NCBI GenBank assembly: GCA_000934665.2
Contig: KZ538659.1
Location: forward strand, 1 to 55,697
Source of the DNA: Catajapyx aquilonaris
Lineage: Eukaryota
Reading direction: 5' to 3'
Length of the DNA stretch: 55,697 bases
In this document: positions 52,388 through 55,697 of the stretch, piece by piece
Layout: each line of letters opens with the position of its first letter
How positions within the stretch are numbered: the stretch's first letter is position 1
Program-made: the position numbers and the translations under genes
Notes under the pieces: generated by a model
The model's input: the letters and a program-made list of their open reading frames with translations, nothing else
Told to the model about the DNA's origin: nothing
Databases searched by the model: none

Positions 52388-52835
52388 GTATGGGCGATGG
52401 AAGTGTCGTAGGCTGTATTCGAGGTGTAAACGCACGCTTTCCCTAACGCAAATTGAATCAGTAACGAGTTTGTGTGAATTTTGATGACTAAGCCAATTAA
52501 TTAATTTCTAACAGTTACTTGTAAGATTTTTTTGAAATACTAGCTGCTAATATAAGATAATGTTAGACGGGAAATGTCATTTTTGGCCTTGATTTTACTT
52601 ACTGCCATCAGAGGTCATCAATAAATTGAAGCCGATTTTTAGGCTAAATAATTATGAAAATCGACGTGTCGATTGATCAATATTAAGACAACTTCCTATA
52701 ATAACTGAGTAATAATAAATAGCTCTTGATGCAAAAGTGGTATAGGTTGAGGCAACTCTCGGCAGCTGTTTCAGACGACTCCTTTTAAAGGCAATGTGTC
52801 TGTCTCTCTCTGTCTGTTGGGTGGATGTGATATAG

Positions 52836-52982
52836 CAACATGGGAAGAAGAAGCAGCGGGTGAGAATCATCGAATACTGGATCGAAGTGGCGAGAGAGTG
52901 TTTCAACATCGGCAATTTCAACTCCCTGATGGCCATCATCGCGGGGCTCAACATGTCTCCGGTGGCCCGCCTTAAAAAGACG
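52836..52982 (+). CDS. RASGEF1: RasGEF1-like coding exon (QHGKKKQRVRIIEYW...PVARLKKT), phase 0-0, 147 nt
   Basis: First AG after a (TC)n tract is at 52834-35; donor GTGAGT at 52983. Motif RECFNIGNFNSLMAIIAGLNMSPV. Confidence 0.92.
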
Positions 52983-53440
52983 GTGAGTTACACTCATTCA
53001 CTTTATAAACATATATCTGTGCTGCTTGTTCCACCTTTTTTTCTGGCCTGTAATAGTAGGCAGATAATTGCTTCATTTTTAGGCAAATCCCTAATAAGGC
53101 CAATAATGTATGCTATTTTCTCTCTAGTCATAATCACACTGACTTGGATTGCACCTAAAGAACAATCTAGAGAAAAACAGTGCTCGGTGTATGTCACAAT
53201 ATTTAAACTTAACCTGGACGTACGGCGCTGTTATGAAGTTCTCACATATTCAAGAGGTTATGCTGATGTAGAAGTTGTGTCCCCTGTCTGAAGACGGCAT
53301 TCCATGTCAATTAGGCCCCCCTAGTATAAGAGAATGTTCCACAGGAAGGAAGTAGGAAGTTCCAGATCAGTGCACCTAACTAACCTGAATGTATTTTTTT
53401 TTATTCCCTCTATACTTTTCTTTTTGTGGTAAATCGTTAG

Positions 53441-53643
53441 TGGAGCAAAGTGCAGTCTGCGAAATTCTCAATCCTGGAGCACCAGATGGACCCGTCGTCC
53501 AACTTCAGCTCGTATCGGTCCACTCTGAAGGCAGCCATGTGGCGCTCTGCCGGCGCCACAGACGAGAGGCAACGGATTGTCATACCCTTCTTCTCACTAC
53601 TGGTCAAGGACCTCTACTTCCTCAACGAGGGCTGTGCCAACAA
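53441..53643 (+). CDS. RASGEF1: RasGEF1-like coding exon (WSKVQSAKF...NEGCAN), phase 0-2, 203 nt
   Basis: Acceptor cgttAG (53439-40) restores the conserved RLKKT|W; donor GTCAGT at 53644. Confidence 0.94.
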
Positions 53644-53722
53644 GTCAGTATCTACTGTCACTCTGCATTAATTTTGGACTCGAACCCTTTAACTTTATTT
53701 TCACTTCCTGCGCCATTATCAG

Positions 53723-53874
53723 GCTTCCGGATGGGAACATAAACTTCGAGAAGTTCTGGGAGCTGGCCAAGCAGGTGACCGAGTTCATCACGTGGAAGCA
53801 GGTGACCTGTCCATTCGAGAAGGTCCCCAAGGTGCTTCACTTCCTGCAAAGCAGCCCTGTACTCACCGAGAACG
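53723..53874 (+). CDS. RASGEF1: RasGEF1-like coding exon ((K)LPDGNINFEKFWELAKQ...PVLTEN), phase 2-1, 152 nt
   Basis: A 79-nt intron 53644-53722 ends attatcAG and AA|G rebuilds Lys. Donor GTCAGT at 53875. Confidence 0.94.
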
Positions 53875-54879
53875 GTCAGTTTTGTACTGCTAATAGTGTA
53901 ACTTTTAAGAGACTCTTTAACGGTATACAGTAATGGAGGCATCCTCCCACGCCATAAATCAGGGTCTGTCTCCGGGACAGCCGACAAAAGCTGGCGTCAC
54001 TCCCAATAAACCCTCCCTCTTCTCCTTCGAAACAAGAGACTCATCTAACATTCCCTGGGCTTCGCCTGTCATTTTCCTAATCGCCACGAATACAGTCTCG
54101 CGCAAGTTGCATGGAGAGAACCCCCCGGATCAAGCCCGGGGGGGGGGAAAAAAATAGCGGGACGTGATTGCACGTTTAATGTCTCTCGACTCCTCTTTTG
54201 TCCTCTAGAAGCTCTTTCAAAGCCTTTCGGATATTTTTTTTTTCGGCGAATAAAAAAAAGAGAGGTTAGGGCTGCCTGCTGCTGCCAAAGCTGAAAAATC
54301 ACTCTGGATAGAATCTGCGGGGAAACAGAGTGAATTTCAAATGCTTTTCTCATTCCCAACGCATTATTCACGCTTTACTTACGCCAGGCTTTATTGTTGC
54401 CATGTCCGCAGACATTTTCTCGGGGAGGCAGGGGGGGTATATATATAGGGAGAAGGGCCTAGAATCTTGGTTTATGATCTAGGATTCGCATAGCAGAGCG
54501 TGGGATATTACGTGGGGGCATGCTCGGAATAATGTATCAGCTCTCTAAAATATATTGTGCTGAGGAAGAGAGATGACGAAGGTATACGAAATGGGTTCCA
54601 ACTTAAGTGTCCGCAATGGTTGGAATTTTTAAAAGAAAAAATTAAGCGACCGACACTTTCAAACAGTTATTATTTAACCCAGATATGCTTGAATTGTTTG
54701 ATTTTAAAAAAATATTTTTATTTTTATGAGAAACTGTACAAGACAGTGTCCTAGCCCTATACTACATGATGCTATAGGCATATCTGGGTGTCATAAACAT
54801 CAGCTTCCAGTACAGTAAAATTATATGATGTACAATTATCTATTCAAGGCCTGAATTATGATTAACTAGTAGTGGATTC

Positions 54880-55292
54880 GTTACCAAATTTTGGCAACAT
54901 TGCCCCCCCCCCCTTTCCCTGGAAGTATAGTACATATGCCCCTACCATGCAGTTGGCGCATAAGCTGTCCCTCTGCGCACTACTGCTGCTCTCAGAGGAA
55001 AAGTAGTAATGCATGCACGTTGGTGATGAGTCACCGCACGTACAAAGCCCACCAGGGTGCTATAACCAGCGTGCGTATCGCCTCCATTGAAGTGGGTCCC
55101 ACCAAGGTCTAGATTAAGTCTATAATTATTAAGTCTAGATTAAGGTAGACTTAATCTAGACCTTGGGTCCCACCCTCTCTCACCGCTATATGTCCTGTAA
55201 TACCGTATATTGTTGAACGGGGGAAAGTGAAAACTATGGTACCTAGCCTACTACCCATAGACGATTAGTCAACACGGCAGACGGAGAGAATA
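54880..55292 (+). repeat. Dispersed repeat family R, long copy with a nested 63-bp element
   Basis: Collinear with 16849-17400, including caaagcccaccagggtgctataaccagcg and ttgttgaacgggggaaagtgaaaacta. Confidence 0.85.
55103..55165. mobile_element. 63-bp miniature element with perfect 20-bp TIRs and an 8-bp target duplication (P- or hAT-type)
   Basis: GGTCCCAC|caaggtctagattaagtcta...tagacttaatctagaccttg|GGTCCCAC. The empty site is present in the paralogous repeat at 17279-17286. Confidence 0.9.
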
Positions 55293-55654
55293 GGGGGATT
55301 AGTAGTATGATTACGATAACCAGAGTAACTACTTGGAAATAAACAACTTTAAGGCAAAAAAACCATTCCGGATATTTTCTGTTGGAACATTTTCCTGATG
55401 GGAAAACGTAAAACTCATCAAGCGTCACTTGGGTATTAACTTTTCATGCGGACTCAAAAGAACTTCAGTAATTGCGTCGTAAATGTATTCAGGTGTAATG
55501 AAGGGAAAGAAGACTGGGGGAAAAAAGGGGGGGAATATAACGGGTAATTAATGTGTAAAACACGCACTTGTTCGGACCAGCACGTCGAAACGAGGGGGGA
55601 AAAAAAAGAGTACGCGCTCTCTTTACGCGTTTGAAATAGAAACGAGTGGATTAC

Positions 55655-55697
55655 CTAACTGCGGGCTACAATTTTAATTTCAATTTGTGTTTCCAGA
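55655..55697 (+). other. Probable branch point and 3' splice site of the next RasGEF1 exon (exon would begin at 55697)
   Basis: CTAAC at 55655-59 followed by an AG-free T-rich tract ending tttccAG at 55695-96. The protein is still incomplete after 53874. The exon itself lies outside the window. Confidence 0.55.

Larger units (their letters stand above)
16543..53874 (+). other. RASGEF1: RasGEF1-family gene, partial span (six coding exons visible; 5' start exon and 3' terminal exon(s) not resolved in the window)
   Basis: Six exons join in frame through GT-AG introns. The product has an N-terminal RasGEF_N/REM region (LIQHLVPTTDYYPDRAYLFAFLL; EWTETFPYDFRDERVM) and a CDC25-like RasGEF domain (QQLTHIELERL..IGPEEFVQAF; ARECFNIGNFNSLMAII; ILEHQMDPSSNF; IVIPFFSLLVKDLYFLNEGC). 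I recognise these motifs from vertebrate RASGEF1A/B/C from memory, not from a database search. Confidence 0.95.

Noticed and set aside
52983..53291. Read-through extension of ORF 52860..53291 beyond the exon
   Set aside because: Homology stops at RLKKT with a consensus GTGAGT donor, and the conserved sequence resumes at 53441.

Overview
Eukaryotic genomic DNA, probably from an invertebrate animal (arthropod suspected, not proven). The window holds one protein-coding gene on the + strand: a RasGEF1-family (RASGEF1A/B/C-like) Ras guanine-nucleotide exchange factor. I assembled six coding exons with canonical GT-AG sites and compatible phases: 16543-16662, 43677-44159, 52157-52387, 52836-52982, 53441-53643 and 53723-53874, about 445 codons. 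The introns include one of 27.0 kb and one of 8.0 kb. A probable acceptor for the next exon lies at the last bases of the window, and the start exon was not found. The other ORFs in the track look spurious. The non-coding DNA carries many non-autonomous DNA elements: four ~330-bp TA-flanked CAGGGTG-ended MITE copies, several other foldback MITEs with different target duplications (TA, ATAT, GATC, TTAA, 8 bp), and an unclassified dispersed repeat with about 15 copies or fragments. That repeat hosts nested insertions and has seeded a 19-bp minisatellite. I saw no transposase ORF, RNA gene or CRISPR array. I cannot support a new enzymatic system here; the most novel-looking signals are the unclassified repeat family and its nested elements.
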